NCBI GenBank assembly: GCA_951406725.2
Contig: OX597815.1
Span: 172,546,001-172,610,000, forward strand
Source: Octopus vulgaris
Taxonomy: Eukaryota
Reading direction: 5' to 3'
Length of the DNA stretch: 64,000 nt
Position numbers and translations under genes: made by a program. Positions 36,996-48,519 of this stretch are shown here, piece after piece. Below the pieces are notes generated by a model. That model had not been told where the DNA came from. It saw nothing but the letters and a program-made list of their open reading frames with translations, and did not search any database. How positions within the stretch are numbered: position 1 is the stretch's first letter; each line of letters starts with the position of its first letter.

Positions 36996-39900
36996 GCATC
37001 ATCATCGTTCGTCCGTTCTCCATGCTAGCATGGGTTGGACGGTTCGACCGGGCATCTGGGAAGCCAGAAGGCTGCACCAGGCTCCAGTCTTATCTGGCAA
37101 TGTTTCTACAGCTGGATGCCCTTCCTAACGCCAACCACTCTGTGAGTATAGTGCGTGCATTTTACGTGCCACCTGCACAGGTGCCAGGCGAGGCTGGCAA
37201 CGGCCACGGTCGGATTGGTGCATTTTACGTGCCACCGGCACGAAAGCCAGTCGAGGCGGCGCTGGCATCGGCCACAAGTCGGATAGTGCTTTTTACGTAC
37301 CACCAGACCAGGGGTCCTGGCTGGTTCAATTCGATTTCGCTTGCCCCAACATGTCTTCGCAAGCAAGGGGGTTGGCATGGGTGCCTGTCGTCGGATGAGG
37401 TTCTATATCGACTTCGCTTGCCTCAACAGGTCTTTGTGTCCAAGGGAGGAAAGGCATGCATAAGTGGGCTGGGCTCACTTGTCCTGCCTGGTCTTCTCAC
37501 GTACAGCATATTTCCAAAGGTCTCGGTCGCTGGTCATTTCCTCATATAATCTCAAGATTATATATATATTATATAAATATATATATATATCATCATCATC
37601 ATCGTTTAACGTCCATTTTCCGCGCTAGCACGGGTTGGACGGTTCGACCGGGGTCTGGGAAGCCAGGGGCTGCACCAGGCTCCAGTCTGATCTGGCAGAG
37701 TTTCTACAGCTGGATGCCCTTCCTAACGCCAACCACTCCGCGAGTGTAGTGGGTGCTTTTTACGTGCCACAGATATATATGCACAGATATATATATATAT
37801 ATATATATATACGACGGGCTTCTTTCAGTTTCCGTCTACCACATCCACTCACAAGGTTTGGTCAGCCAAAGACTATAGTAGAAAACACTTGACAAATGTG
37901 CAAGCAGTGGTACTGAACCCGGAACCATGTGGTTGGGAAGCAAGCTTCTTACTACACAGTCACGCCTGTGCCTATCTATATATTTATTTATTTTTATTTT
38001 TGGCAAATAATATCTCAATTTTTCATAGAATCGGAATCAATTTATTTCAAATAGCCGTCTCAAACGGCAGTAAAAGCTAAAAGCGAGTAACATTGCAAGG
38101 TAAGCAACTCTTACTTAAGCAAGGGAAGCAACTTTTAACTTACTTTAATTCTTTCGAAAATACGGTTATGAACCGTATTTTCATTTCACGTTGCTCTCAT
38201 TCACTTATGAGAAAATGAGTTCGAGACAAGTACCGCTGCATCCCTCATTCCTCCAACGGTCACATCCCAAATGTTCTGCTTGTTGGAAGGCCGAGAGGGT
38301 GTCTACAGCTACTTGTGACTGTGTAGGTACCCAAAAAGTTCGTTTCTATTATGTTAAGCCGTTGTATGTCCAAATTTGGCCAAATGCGTTTTTTTGTTTT
38401 TTTTATTCAATATTTTATTTTGCCTGCAATAGCCAGTTCTTAAGGTCCAGCTATCATATTTCCAGCTGCTTCAGAGGAAAATTGTCAAAGTGTAGTACAA
38501 CGGTTTAGCATTTTTCAAAAGTGTAGTAAGCCCCACATACAACAGTTTGGCAAAAATATTTTTGACTGAAAATATCATTCATGCATGGAGTTACAATTTA
38601 TGCTCCCAACAAAGTATTATTGTTAAGCTGAAACTGTTGCTAATATAAAAGGAGTGGAATGGTGAAACTATATTTCCGTTTTCTGAAAAAGCAACGTTCT
38701 GGACTTAGATACTTTTGCATAATAGCAACGAGTTAATGAAAGCACAAAAAATACTACCAGATGGTATACACTTGTGAGTGAAGAGCTTGATTGAGTTTGA
38801 AGAAGTAAACTGACTGATTCTGGGTTCAGTCCCACTGTGTGGCAGCTTGGGGGTAAATGTCTTCTACTTAAGCCCCAGGCCAACCAAAACCTTGTGAATG
38901 GATTTGGTTGACAGAAACTGAATGTCTGGTTAGAGATACATCTTAACTGTTGTTTCATGACTTAAGTGATTTTATTGAAGGAATCCACCAACATACAACA
39001 CATTTCACTAATGTATAAGAAGACTGTAGTGTGAACAATAGTAGAACAAGGGCAATATAGTGGTGTATATATGAATCAGTAAAAATAACGTTAGGTCAAA
39101 TGCAATCATTACATCTTCTTTGAGGAGATTTAAATTTTCTGTTTTTCCATCAATGTAAAAGTAATGGGTTGTCTGGAAAGTTTGTGCCGATTTATAGTAA
39201 CTTAAGTTTCGACTTATTTCAGAACATGGTTGAATCCATAAAATAGGATTTGACTACACCTCCATTTAGAGCATAGTTTAAGCTATCTTTTCATGGAAGA
39301 AGGTTTATGTTCCTATAACCTGTTCTAATTTTGTAACCCTTTAAAATGGAAGATAAGAAAGTTCCTTTTTGGCACTTGATGTTCAGTAGTTGGTTCAGTA
39401 TGCTGGCCAAAAATTGCTGCAGCTCAGCTGGGATGTGTTACCCCACCCTCCATATTCACCAGATATTGCTCCTTCAGATTTCCACTTATTCAGGTCTCTG
39501 CAGAATAGTCTTAATATTAAAAATTTCAATTCCTTGGATGACGTAAAAAGGTACTTTGATTGAATTCTTTGCCATGAAACCACCTCAATTCTGGGAAGAG
39601 GGTATTTTCAAGTTAAAGGAAAGATGGAGATGCATTGTGCAACAAAATGGTTCATATTTGTTTGATTAAAAGTGTAACAAGTATTATTTGACCTTTTTCT
39701 TTCTTTTAAAAATCTGCATGAATTTTCAGGACAACCCAATACTTGCAACAAGGGAGTTACATAGGTTTGTGTTTTTCTTAAGAAAGAATAGCAGAGGGTT
39801 TGAGGCAAAACTAGGAGTAATTCTGGAGATCAACTGAACTTATTGTTTAGTCCAGGTTAGACATGAAAGAACTGCAAGTCCTATAATCAAAGGTTATTCC

Positions 39901-40683
39901 AGCTCAGACCATACCACATTTTCTTCTGGAATAGCGTACCTTCGACAACATTATCAACTGCATTCTTTTGCAAGACTGTTGGGTATGGTTTAAAGGAGTT
40001 TTGGCTACTATTTCTAGTAGACTGACCAACCACATAGGCCATCCTCCATAAGAGGTGTTGCTATATGGTAAGAAGCTTGCTTTCCAACCACATGACTTGG
40101 CTGACACACATCTCATACACAAATCTTCAATGATAATGGACTGAACCAAACCATAACTAATCTGCACATCCTTTGATAACTCACAGATAGTGATTCAATG
40201 ATTTTCCCCTCACAGCTGCATGCACATCTGTGATGTTTTTCTTAGTTCTACTGGTTGTGGGTCTCCCAGAACGTTCAACAATACTACTGGTAGACTTGTG
40301 TGTGGCTCATACACTCCTCTCCATACACTTTCTGCAACTTTGCATAGGCTTCTGAGCAGATATCTTTTCACCATCCCACTTCCATCAGTAGATCACCTCT
40401 TCCTTTCTCATTCATATGTTATGATGGAGAAATACACAAGAGTATTATTATAGTAGAAGACACACAATGCTCTCTTTGCCACTTCTTCTCTCTCATTGCT
40501 ATTACTTTCTCTCACTCCCTCTCAGTCATGGTTATTACTCTCACTACTTCTCCTACACTGAATTACTATTTCCGCTCCTCTCCCTTCACCATTCACGCCT
40601 AGTGCATGATTTTGGACAAATACACACACACACACATACATACATATATATATATATATACGATGATGATGATGATGATGATG

Positions 40684-40716
<33 letters not shown>

Positions 40717-40924
40717 TATATAAAAAACACTATGCTCATTATTATATTAGGAGATGATGTGCATGCTTTCACTGCTTAAATATGAATGACAGAAGTGGCT
40801 CTTTTAAAAACAGTAGCTTCCATTTCAATTTCAAACACTTGAAGTTTGAAATGCATTGTTACAATATACTTCCGAAAAACGGAAATTACTTATGACCCGA
40901 CATAATAGGTGTGTGTGTGTGTGC

Positions 40925-40971
<47 letters not shown>

Positions 40972-41652
40972 TGTGTGTACCTTACATGTGTATGCAGTTG
41001 GAATATTTGGGTTTTACTAATAATGTGGCCATGTAGTCCCATTTGGCAAAAGAAAAATTGAGTAGAGTATATCTCAAATCTTCAAGACAATTTTAGGATT
41101 CAAAGGAGGCGTAAAAAAGAATGTTTTTAATGTGTGCAAGGTGAGAAGATGCTTCTTCAAGGTTGGAGTGCATGTGAGTATTCTTGTGTATGCGAGAGAG
41201 TGTGAGAATGTGTGAGGTGGGATATGAGTATTAGTGTGTGTGAGTGCATATATCTGAGTGAACTGAAGAGTGCAGAAGTAGTCAAGGAATTGTCATTCAC
41301 AGAAACAGCAAAGTAGGAAACTGATGTCAAGAAGCTCTGAAATGATCCGAGTGAATTCTAAAATGAAGTGAATGTTGTGAATAAAATAAATGAAAATTTA
41401 TCTTTGGAGAGATTAGTAGGAGTAATGTAGTGGTTATAAAGGTTAGGGATAATCTTAAGGGACTTGCCAAAAATAAATAAGTACGTAGGCGCAGGAGTGG
41501 CTGTGTGGTAAGTAGCTTGCTAACCAACCATATGGTTCCGGGTTCAGTCCCACTGCGTGGCATCTTGGGCAAGTGTCTTCTACTATAGCCCCGGGCCGAC
41601 CAATGCCTTGTGAGTGGATTTGGTAGACGGAAACTGAAAGAAGCCTGTCGTA

Positions 41653-41684
<32 letters not shown>

Positions 41685-42682
41685 AGTGTGTGTATATGTT
41701 TGTGTGTCTGTGTTTGTCCCCCTAGCATTGCTTGACAACCGATGCTGGTGTGTTTACGTCCCCGTCACTTAGCGGTTCGGCAAAAGAGACCGATAGAATA
41801 AGTACTGGGCTTACAAAGAATAAATCCCGGGGTCGATTTGCTCGACTAAAGGTGGTGCTCCAGCATGGCCACAGTCAAATGACTGAAACAAGTAAAAGAG
41901 TAAAGAGAGTATAATAAGAATGTATGTGGCCTAATGGTCAGAGTGTTGCAGTCGTGACTGTAAGATCATGGTTTCAATTCTAAGACTATAAGGCCACCAT
42001 TTCACCTTGATTTGAATATGGCTGTCATCTTTGGGTTGGTGTCTCCTCTGAGTGTCTAATTTACTTGATCAAATTTAAAATTCAGTTAACATGCTCTTGT
42101 TTCTACTAGGTTGGAATCTTTGGCTCATCATCAAAATGTATCTTTGTTGTACTTTTTGTATAAGTCTGGATATTTCCAGGGTCATTGCTCTGAGGAACCT
42201 TCTGATGTAGGACCCTCTGTCAAGAACTTTAAACATGTCAACCCACTTTTTTTACCAGGTGCATTGGTTCTTTGTTGGGCTTTTTGTTAGTCCATAAGTC
42301 CTTTTATTCTACTATTTTTCTCAAACTGCTACTCTCTGAAACTCACTACCACCATCTTGTTTTCCTCTGGCCTATGATGTTCATTCCTTTTAAGCTTCTT
42401 ATCAATTGATATATTTTCTGAATTTATAGCCCCTCCCCACCTCTTTTCCTTCCTTTTAGTCTCTTATGCTACAGTAGCCTCAAGCCTTACTTAGATAAAC
42501 AAATTTTTTTCAAAAGTCAGTTCAGGTACAAATGGTGAAACATTGATGTCCATTGTTCTCAAATGGGATTTGGGGTGAGTTGTCTCACCTGTCTATCACT
42601 TTCAGGTGTTTTAATACCCAGCACTTTGAAGGAGTCATCACCACCATGCTAAACCACAATCTACCAGTGAACAAGCAAAGGT

Positions 42683-42729
<47 letters not shown>

Positions 42730-43615
42730 ATATATGATTCTCAATATTCAAAGCAGTGCCCCAGCATGGTCACAGTCCAACAAGTTAAACAAGTAAAAGA
42801 TAATGTAACCCTTTAGTATTTACTGACCATAATCGGCCTAAACAGTCAATGTGTTTTATGCTAAAACTGACCAGATCCAACTTCTCACACCTACCCTACA
42901 CTGTCATTCCAAAAATATACAAACACATCATTGAAATTTTGAAGCTACAAGAAAATACTAGATTAATACAAAACAATGTGAATAAATAGGCAATAAACTT
43001 GACAAAGAAATGCGAATGCTAAAGCGTTAAAAAAATACATAAAAAAAAGGATAATTAAAATACATACTGGAATTTTATCATCGGTTTTTTTCTGAGTCAT
43101 CTTATTTTCCAGGTCTTTAAAATATAGTTCTGATTTATCTGTTGGTAAGGCATCATATAAAAATGAGATGTCCCTAAATTAAGGAAACAAATACAAGAAA
43201 TTTAGACTTTTTTATATTTTAAGGACATTTTCCAGTAAATTATAAAATCATTTTCAGGCAGCTTTTATTTGTGATTTTGCGTTTTCTTTTCTTTCCTTTT
43301 TTTCTTTTTTTTCACTCTCTATTTCATATCTTCTCTAGAATAACCATTGCTTAACCATTTTCTCGCACCATCTCCGATGAAGGGATATATAAAATATCCT
43401 GGAAACAGCCGTAAGACCTTCTCTTTATAAATGTTCTGAAATCTTTCACAGCCTTGGATTTTTATCTCATTCTGTTAATTTTTTATATATGCATGCTAAT
43501 ATATGACCTCATTCGCATAATCACTGAACCTGGGGCTTAACTATAGTCTGTCCATAGCACTTACTCAGCATTACCTGACACCTTTGAGTCTTCTTGACAC
43601 CATTACCTCTCAAAA

Positions 43616-43652
<37 letters not shown>

Positions 43653-46600
43653 CAAATAAGAAAATGGAGGAACAGATTCATTTCAATCATCGCCTTACAG
43701 ATATTACCAATTCATATTATTTATTAACTACATAAATAGGAACATCCAAATCCAACAAAACAAAACAATATACATCAATATGTATGATAATAATACCATA
43801 AGGATAATACAGATAAAATGGATCTTACAGCTGTTTCAGCCTGTAGATAAAGGTATCTCATTCTGCCTATATTAGTCAGATGTAATATGCAATTAAAAAT
43901 GAGTTACTTATATATATATCTCAAGGCCTCATCAGAGATTAGAGAGAGAGAGAGGGAGGAGTAAACTAAGACAGAGAGAGGTTGAAGGTCTCTAATATTC
44001 TACATTTGTGTGTACAAATTGCAGGTACAGTCAAAATATTTTACTGACTGATAGTTATTTTATCAAAAAGGAGAATTTGCAGAATTTAGTCCTGATAGGA
44101 TCTGGACTTAGAAAATAAAAGAGAAGAAACTAAACAGCATGCTACCAGGTTCACCACTTCTGCTGACATTATAATGTTATGTGATAACAATTTCATGGTA
44201 CTCACTTTCCAGAGCCACAGATGCACACAGTGCTGTCAGTGAGATGTTTGTACTTTTCTCTTCTTTTATAAGACCATACATTTTCAGGTCGTCTTCTTGT
44301 AGAACCCTTCAAATACATAAAAATTGCATATCAATAGCATTTTCATTTTGATCATTGTATAGATATTGTACAAGTGTAATATGGCCAAATGGTTAAGAAG
44401 ATTGCTTCACAACCATCCACAAGGGTTTGGTTCTGTTCCACTTGAGTAAATGTCATTTTCAATAGCCAAAGATTGATTCATGTTCTTAGTAAATGTGGGT
44501 AGATAGAAACTGTATGAAACACTTTTGGAAAGGAGAATTCAGTACTCATTTCACATTGATCATCTCAAAATAATTCAGGAAAGAATTAATATGACAATGA
44601 GATTGGGTACCCTATACAGAAGATTGAGTAAGTAAGCACAATCTATTGTGCTTATTTGGGACACCATGCTGCCTAATCAAGCACTCCCAATGCATGTGGA
44701 ATAGGAACTGTTGTTGAGTGATCTAGGATCACTTTATTTACTTCATAAATTTTCTAAAGCTGACATCTTTAATCTTGTTGCAAAACTCCTGTTTTATTTC
44801 TCCACAACACAAAACAATAAATTCAATGCGTTGCATAATAACCAGGAACTGATAAACAGTATCTGCTTATTAACAGAAATCTAGTTGAGGAGCTAAAAAT
44901 ACTTCCTTACAATGATGACTTTACTCTTTTACTCTTTCACTTATTTCAGTCATTTGACTGTGGCCATGCTGGAGCACCGCCTTTAGTTGAGCAAATCATC
45001 CCCAGGACTTATTCTTTGTAAGCCTAGTACTTATTCTATCGGTCTCTTTTGCCGAACTGCTAAGTTACGGGGACTCTTGAAATTTTTTAATAAATGGCTT
45101 ATGAACTGAGACATAAAACTAAAAGTGAAGTTAAGAAACATACTACTACCTCTCAACAAGTGTGCAACATACCCTCATTTGGTTCATTGGTTCTCAATCT
45201 TTTTCAATCTACAGCATCCATAATTCAAAGAACATATCTATTACAACCATGGTCCTTTCACAACATTAAGACTGTAGCAGAAATACTGACAGAATCCCAA
45301 ACACCAACCAACTGCCTAGGAACTAAATCTGAATCACTGCATTCAGATGTAAAAACAACTAAATGACACAAACAGGATTCTGTCATGGATTGATGTCAAC
45401 AAGCAATTAACCTATTCAAGTCTCTGTTAGCGAGTGTAGTACAATGTACACAAGTTTAACTCATTAGATTCATCATCATCATCATCATCATCATTGAACA
45501 TTCATCTTCCATGCATGGGTAATTACAATAAACAATGTATGGTTTGTCTTTAAGAATTTTGTCTTTGGTACTAGGCGGCAAGTTGGCAGAACCGCTAGCA
45601 CGCCAGGCGAAATGCTTAGCGGTATTTCGTCTGCGTTACGTTGTGAGTTCAAATTCTGCCAAGGTCGACTTTGCCTTTCATCCTTTCGGGGTCAATAAAT
45701 TAAGTACCAGTTACGCACTGGGGTCGATGTAATCGACTTAATACCTATGTCTGTCCTTGTTTGTCCGCTCTGTGTTTAGCCCCTTGTGGGTAATAAAAAA
45801 ATAGGTACTTTTTCTTTGAGGGACCATCAGCTATTTATAGACAGTTTATCTACTAACTAGTTAGTAGTCATAACACAGCCAAGATCAATGACTGCTGGAA
45901 TTTACACCACTCAACTTCAACACTAGAAAGTTGTGGTGCATCTGAGCACTGTATACAATAATTCCATTATTATTTTTTAAAGTGATGACTTCTGTTCACT
46001 CAATGACAGCTACTATCATTACTGACATACATCTTACATGAACTGTTTCACTTGGTGTAAATATCTTGTTCTGTCATTTGTTGCAATGACAAAACATTGG
46101 TTTGTTAACAATAAGAAATATTTTATATTTAGAACTTCACACTGACTCTCATCCACCTCTCAACTAAACAAAATATTCTCCTATTACAAGATTAATAGAA
46201 AAAAATTATTGAGAATTTTTATCAATAGAAGTAAGGATGTGATGTTGGTAAGCAGAATTCTAATTAGACACAATCAAACAAACTAAACCAATGACTCCAA
46301 AACTGAGTTATATTACTCACTTGGGAACATTGAAAAGAATATAGTATTTATTTCATTGATCACAATTTATTGATCTAGCCAAACAGGAATTTAAAAGGAA
46401 TATTGTAACCATACTTCTGTTTGAAATGTGTGTAGCTGAATCAAGATACCAAAAAGGAAACTTTTCATTTACTTTCATTCCCAATGGCATTTTTCATATA
46501 ACTGAAAAATTAAACCAAAAATCAAAGCTTCTGTACTTGTGTCACCTCAGTGTCATAGAAATTAATGCTTTCAGAAAAAACCCATTTATTCCAATTCCTT

Positions 46601-47368
46601 CAAGAAATATGAAAACCAACAGTTTTGTGTATAAGAAAATAGAAAAGAAGGCAAGCTTCTAATACATCAAATCTACTAATAATGAACTCTAACCATTCTT
46701 TAATAAATTATAGTAAACTGGTATATACAAGAAGAGAAATATCATTGCAATTGATATTATAGATTTATTTGATTAGAGGGCTATTTGACAAATAGCATTT
46801 AAACCAGCCATATAAGACTCAAATGTCCTACCTATTTTATGCTCAAATTGAATAGATATGGCCTCTCATACCTACCCTACAATGTCAATCTAAAAATAAA
46901 CAATCAAATTATCAAAATCTTGAAGGTACAAGATAATGTGTGATTAATTCAAAACAATATGAATAAATGAGCATTACACTTGACAGAGTAATCTGAATGT
47001 TAAAGGATTAGATGAAAACTCTTTACAAATATAAAAAAAAAAGTAAATATCAACAATTTTTTCTGCTTACAGTCAAATTTTTAATATCGTGAGCATTTGT
47101 CAGTGGCTTTGAGGGGCTTTCATCAGGAGGCTGGTCTAGTTTAGACAAAGCAAAGACAATTTCTTGAGGAAGATAATAATTCTCAGTTTTAGGCAGTATC
47201 CCAAGAGCAGGAAGAATTTCTGGTGAAAAAAAAAATACATATATTCTTTTTTATAGAAAGGTATTTGCAGCACAGTTAAAAAACAATATCCAAATGCTAA
47301 ACAAAACTGAGTGAAAAAGAACTGAAATATCATCACTTAGTAAGTTTTTATATATCTATATATATATA

Positions 47369-47417
<49 letters not shown>

Positions 47418-47880
47418 TTTGTGTTTGTCTCCCAACACTACATAATAACTGGTGTTGGCTTGCTTATGTCCCCATAACTTAACAGTTTGACCAAAGGAAC
47501 TGATAGAGTAAGTACCAGACTTAAAGAAAATAAGTGCTGAGATAAATTTGTTTGACTAAAAGCCTTCAAGGTGGTGCTCCAGCATGGCTGCTGTCCACTG
47601 ACTGAAACAAGTAAAAGAAGACTTGTTATCATTCCCATTTTAAGCTTTACTTGTTAATGCAGCTTCATTTTTTAGCATATTCTCCAAGAACCTTATGATT
47701 TAAATGCAATGAAATATTCAGTTTATAAAATAAATATATCAATATTTTAAACCCAGCCAAACATTTTGGAGCATAGAAAACAACACAAAATAGAAAGCAT
47801 GTCAAGAAAAAGAGAAATATACCTTTATTTGAGTTGTCTGTACCGGATTTCTCTTTGATGGTCTCTGTTTCTGTAGGCAT
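4394..47880 (-). CDS. AXDND1: Axonemal dynein light chain domain-containing protein 1, 5' 12 coding exons (382 codons); gene continues beyond the left edge
   Basis: Exons 47823-47880, 47071-47219, 44206-44306, 43068-43173, 29037-29113, 27906-27962, 25401-25509, 16362-16436, 12999-13093, 9744-9836, 6689-6755 and 4394-4552 all have AG/GT boundaries and matching phases. The peptide has recognisable AXDND1 blocks: [48 protein letters not shown]...ERDLW. Confidence 0.92.
6689..6755 (-). CDS. AXDND1: AXDND1 coding exon 11 ([22 protein letters not shown])
   Basis: tttcag|A...GCA|gtaaga; 67 nt, phase 2-0. Confidence 0.88.
7158..7379. mobile_element. piggyBac-type MITE (family 1)
   Basis: TTAA on both sides, TIR CCCTTTCATTAC/GTAATGAAAGGG; further copies at 28080-28299 and 56856-57057. 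Confidence 0.9.
9018..9280 (+). mobile_element. Fold-back repeat with a hammerhead-like core, probably derived from a Penelope pseudo-LTR
   Basis: Arms 9079-9139 and 9220-9280 are near-perfect reverse complements. The spacer holds cta-TTGAAAA-G-GTTG caagact CAAC-GAAA-att-TT-ag. A homologue lies at 16588-16905. Confidence 0.7.
9744..9836 (-). CDS. AXDND1: AXDND1 coding exon 10 ([30 protein letters not shown])
   Basis: aatgcag|C...GA|gtaagt; 93 nt, phase 2-2. Confidence 0.92.
10190..10420 (+). mobile_element. Penelope-like RT C-terminal fragment (degenerate)
   Basis: ORF 10133-10411 contains SFH.ALEFS...[12 protein letters not shown]...T..HYK....H.YLNFSS, typical of the PLE RT thumb region. 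Confidence 0.6.
10749..12662 (-). repeat. Complex tandem array built from an RTE LINE 3' UTR and tail
   Basis: (CAT)n plus the RTE tail at the left end. Marker TTCCATTGATGTTCATC at 11211, 11552, 11893, 12175 and 12622; nested ~62-bp and ~30-bp subrepeats; GAAGACCCGGCAAGACTAG (KTRQD*) on the minus strand. Confidence 0.85.
12999..13093 (-). CDS. AXDND1: AXDND1 coding exon 9 ([31 protein letters not shown])
   Basis: ttttctag|GTG...AG|gtaatg; 95 nt, phase 0-2; axonemal dynein light-chain domain motif. Confidence 0.95.
15489..15786 (+). mobile_element. tRNA-derived SINE (family C)
   Basis: A box TGGCCTAGTGGTTAG and B box GGTTCGAATCT; related antisense copy at ~19575-19872. Confidence 0.8.
16084..16312 (+). 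mobile_element. SINE (family B) with a Nin/Deu-like central domain
   Basis: GAGTTCAAATTCC B box and GCCTTTCATCCTTTCGGGGT.GATAAATTAAGTACCAG core. Copies at ~14020-14222(-), 26293-26500, 45574-45803, 57800-57972(-) and 63068-63245. Confidence 0.8.
16362..16436 (-). CDS. AXDND1: AXDND1 coding exon 8 ([25 protein letters not shown])
   Basis: ttctag|ATG...CAG|gttgac; 75 nt, phase 0-0. Confidence 0.95.
16588..16905 (-). mobile_element. Fold-back repeat of the same family as 9018-9280, in the opposite orientation
   Basis: Arms ~16588-16690 and ~16742-16845. The minus-strand spacer has cta-TTGAAAA-G-GTTGC aagac GCAAC-AAAA (GAAA mutated). Confidence 0.75.
17460..17882 (+). mobile_element. tRNA-derived SINE (family A) with an internal TA/TG microsatellite
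   Basis: TGGCTGTGTGG A box, GGTTCAGTCCC B box and a GTAAAAGA tail. Full copy at 41488-41910; partial copies at ~10515-10665, 13200-13640, 30530-30836, 37810-37970, 44922-45073, 47400-47620 and 47990-48200. Confidence 0.85.
18290..19015. repeat. 48-bp minisatellite (~15 units, with 50-bp variants) showing a ~243-bp higher-order period
   Basis: Core CATAACATTACATGACATGTCAGATTCGCCAGAGGGGCAG at 18312, 18360, 18410, 18458 and onward; the variant GTTAGGGATTCG recurs at 18538 and 18781. Confidence 0.95.
19016..23882 (+). mobile_element. Non-autonomous Helitron-like element with a nested SINE, microsatellites and an RTE LINE
   Basis: 5' a|TCTCTATATTATAA; 3' hairpin ACCCGC-gtgtaga-GCGGGT (23851-23869) followed by CTAG|t (23879-23883). 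Confidence 0.7.
20181..22810 (+). mobile_element. 5'-truncated RTE-clade LINE; uninterrupted ORF 20181-22577 (RT domain, no APE), 3' UTR and (GAT)n tail
   Basis: Motifs [75 protein letters not shown]; (TA)n on both sides. Confidence 0.95.
24002..24062 (-). ncRNA. Degenerate hammerhead motif (core CAGAAGA)
   Basis: gataa-CAGAAGA-GATG...CATCt-GAAA-ctcgtag-TT-ttatc; flank is related to that of 57546-57604. Confidence 0.6.
25401..25509 (-). CDS. AXDND1: AXDND1 coding exon 7 ([36 protein letters not shown])
   Basis: attgtag|A...CAG|gtaaat; 109 nt, phase 2-0. Confidence 0.92.
26650..26871. mobile_element. piggyBac-type MITE (family 2)
   Basis: TTAA-CCATTTAGCATT...AATGCTAGAGGG-TTA; homologues at 42809-43026 and ~46790-47010. 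Confidence 0.7.
27370..27735 (+). mobile_element. Old RTE-like LINE 3' fragment
   Basis: Degenerate C-terminus ...[22 protein letters not shown] followed by an A-rich tail. Confidence 0.55.
27906..27962 (-). CDS. AXDND1: AXDND1 coding exon 6 ([18 protein letters not shown])
   Basis: aaatag|A...CT|gtaagt; 57 nt, phase 2-2. Confidence 0.88.
28080..28299. mobile_element. piggyBac-type MITE (family 1)
   Basis: TTAA TSD, TIR CCCTTTTGTTAC/GTAACAAAAGGG; near-identical to 7158-7379. Confidence 0.9.
28312..28404 (-). pseudogene. tRNA-Lys(TTT)-like pseudogene with a ~21-nt insert at the canonical intron position
   Basis: GCCCACATAGCTCAGTTGGTAGAATATCAGACTTTT-tagagattgtttctaagaagt-AATCTAAGGGTCGTGGGTTTGAGTCTCTTGTGGACA. 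D-arm and anticodon arm match tRNA-Lys; T-arm is degenerate. Confidence 0.7.
29037..29113 (-). CDS. AXDND1: AXDND1 coding exon 5 ([25 protein letters not shown])
   Basis: attgcag|TTG...GA|gtaagg; 77 nt, phase 0-2. Confidence 0.88.
31339..31880 (-). mobile_element. Internally deleted mariner element
   Basis: TA TSD, TIR TTGGGTTGTCCGGAAAGTTCGTGCTGATTT; minus strand encodes [18 protein letters not shown]. Confidence 0.9.
32271..32361 (-). ncRNA. Type I hammerhead ribozyme in the Penelope pseudo-LTR
   Basis: ttttag-CTGATGA-GTACGGGACA...TGTCCTTGTAT-GAAA-cgattg-TA-ctaaaa: intact core, 6-bp stem I, minimal stem III. Confidence 0.85.
36221..36361 (+). ncRNA. Type I hammerhead ribozyme (inverted pLTR copy with a 50-nt expansion in loop II)
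   Basis: Same core and stems as 32271-32361; CTGTAATTTTTGCAACTTT is present three times. Confidence 0.8.
36499..36749. repeat. Long inverted repeat (~117-bp arms, 18-nt loop)
   Basis: 36499-36615 versus 36634-36749; about 7 differences by eye. Confidence 0.92.
36955..37544 (-). mobile_element. RTE LINE 3' fragment (ORF end, 3' UTR and (GAT)n tail)
   Basis: Minus strand reads [22 protein letters not shown], homologous to [19 protein letters not shown] of the 20181 element; the tail is shared. Confidence 0.85.
39164..39739 (+). mobile_element. Internally deleted mariner element, same family as 31339-31880
   Basis: TA TSD, TIR TGGGTTGTCTGGAAAGTT.../...GGACAACCCAA; [21 protein letters not shown]. 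Confidence 0.9.
41488..41910 (+). mobile_element. tRNA-derived SINE (family A), full length
   Basis: High identity to 17460-17882. Confidence 0.85.
43068..43173 (-). CDS. AXDND1: AXDND1 coding exon 4 ([35 protein letters not shown])
   Basis: aatttag|G...CCA|gtatgt; 106 nt, phase 2-0. Confidence 0.9.
43371..43416 (+). ncRNA. Minimal hammerhead motif with variant core CCGATGA
   Basis: tct-CCGATGA-A-gGGATAT ataaa ATATCCtg-GAAA-cagccg-TA-aga. Confidence 0.65.
43822..43939 (-). ncRNA. Minimal type I hammerhead ribozyme with a palindromic stem III
   Basis: atct-CTGATGA-GGCCT...AGGCT-GAAA-cagctg-TA-agat. Confidence 0.8.
44206..44306 (-). CDS. AXDND1: AXDND1 coding exon 3 ([33 protein letters not shown])
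   Basis: tttgaag|GGT...AA|gtgagt; 101 nt, phase 0-2. Confidence 0.9.
47071..47219 (-). CDS. AXDND1: AXDND1 coding exon 2 ([49 protein letters not shown])
   Basis: tttcaccag|AA...ACT|gtaagc; 149 nt, phase 1-0. Confidence 0.85.
47823..47880 (-). CDS. AXDND1: AXDND1 first coding exon ([19 protein letters not shown]); exon probably begins at 47919
   Basis: AAAAATG start; G|gtatat phase-1 donor matches the next exon; acceptor tctag at 47920-47924. Confidence 0.75.
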
Positions 47881-48435
47881 TTTTGGTAGTTTAATGAATG
47901 GTTTGCACCAATAAATAATCTAGATAGATAATAAATGATAGTTAGATACATTAACAACGGCATTTATTATTATCGTTAAACTTACATCAGTTTCAGTCAT
48001 TAGACTGCAATTATGCTTGAGCACTGCCTTCAAGAACTTTTAGTTGAGTGACTCAACCCCAATACTTTTTTTTTTGGTAAGCTTGGTACTTATTCTATCG
48101 GTCACTTTTGCCAGACCACTAAGTTATGGATACATAAAAGAAAACAACACTGGGAGTCAAGCAGTGGTGGCAGACAAACACAGACACAAAGACACACATC
48201 ATATATATATATATATATATATCTTCTAGCAGTCATTTAAAGATGAATTTAACTACCCACAGAATGGATATCAGTACTGCAAATAATCAATGTATTACAA
48301 CTCAAAGAAGTTGTATCTTACACTGTAACAAACAAGTACAGGGTCATCACAAATGATAATATTTTCTTCCTTTCATTCATTTACTGCATAGGAATTGTTA
48401 CATATGCATACATGCATGCATATGTAAAAAAAGTA

Positions 48436-48470
<35 letters not shown>

Positions 48471-48519
48471 TGTATGTATGTATGTATGTATGTATGTATG
48501 TATGAATGCATGCATGTAG

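Noticed and set aside
36683-37549. 288-aa plus-strand ORF
   Set aside because: It runs through a hairpin arm, (TA)n, (ATC)n and the antisense of an RTE 3' UTR, so it is a chance ORF.
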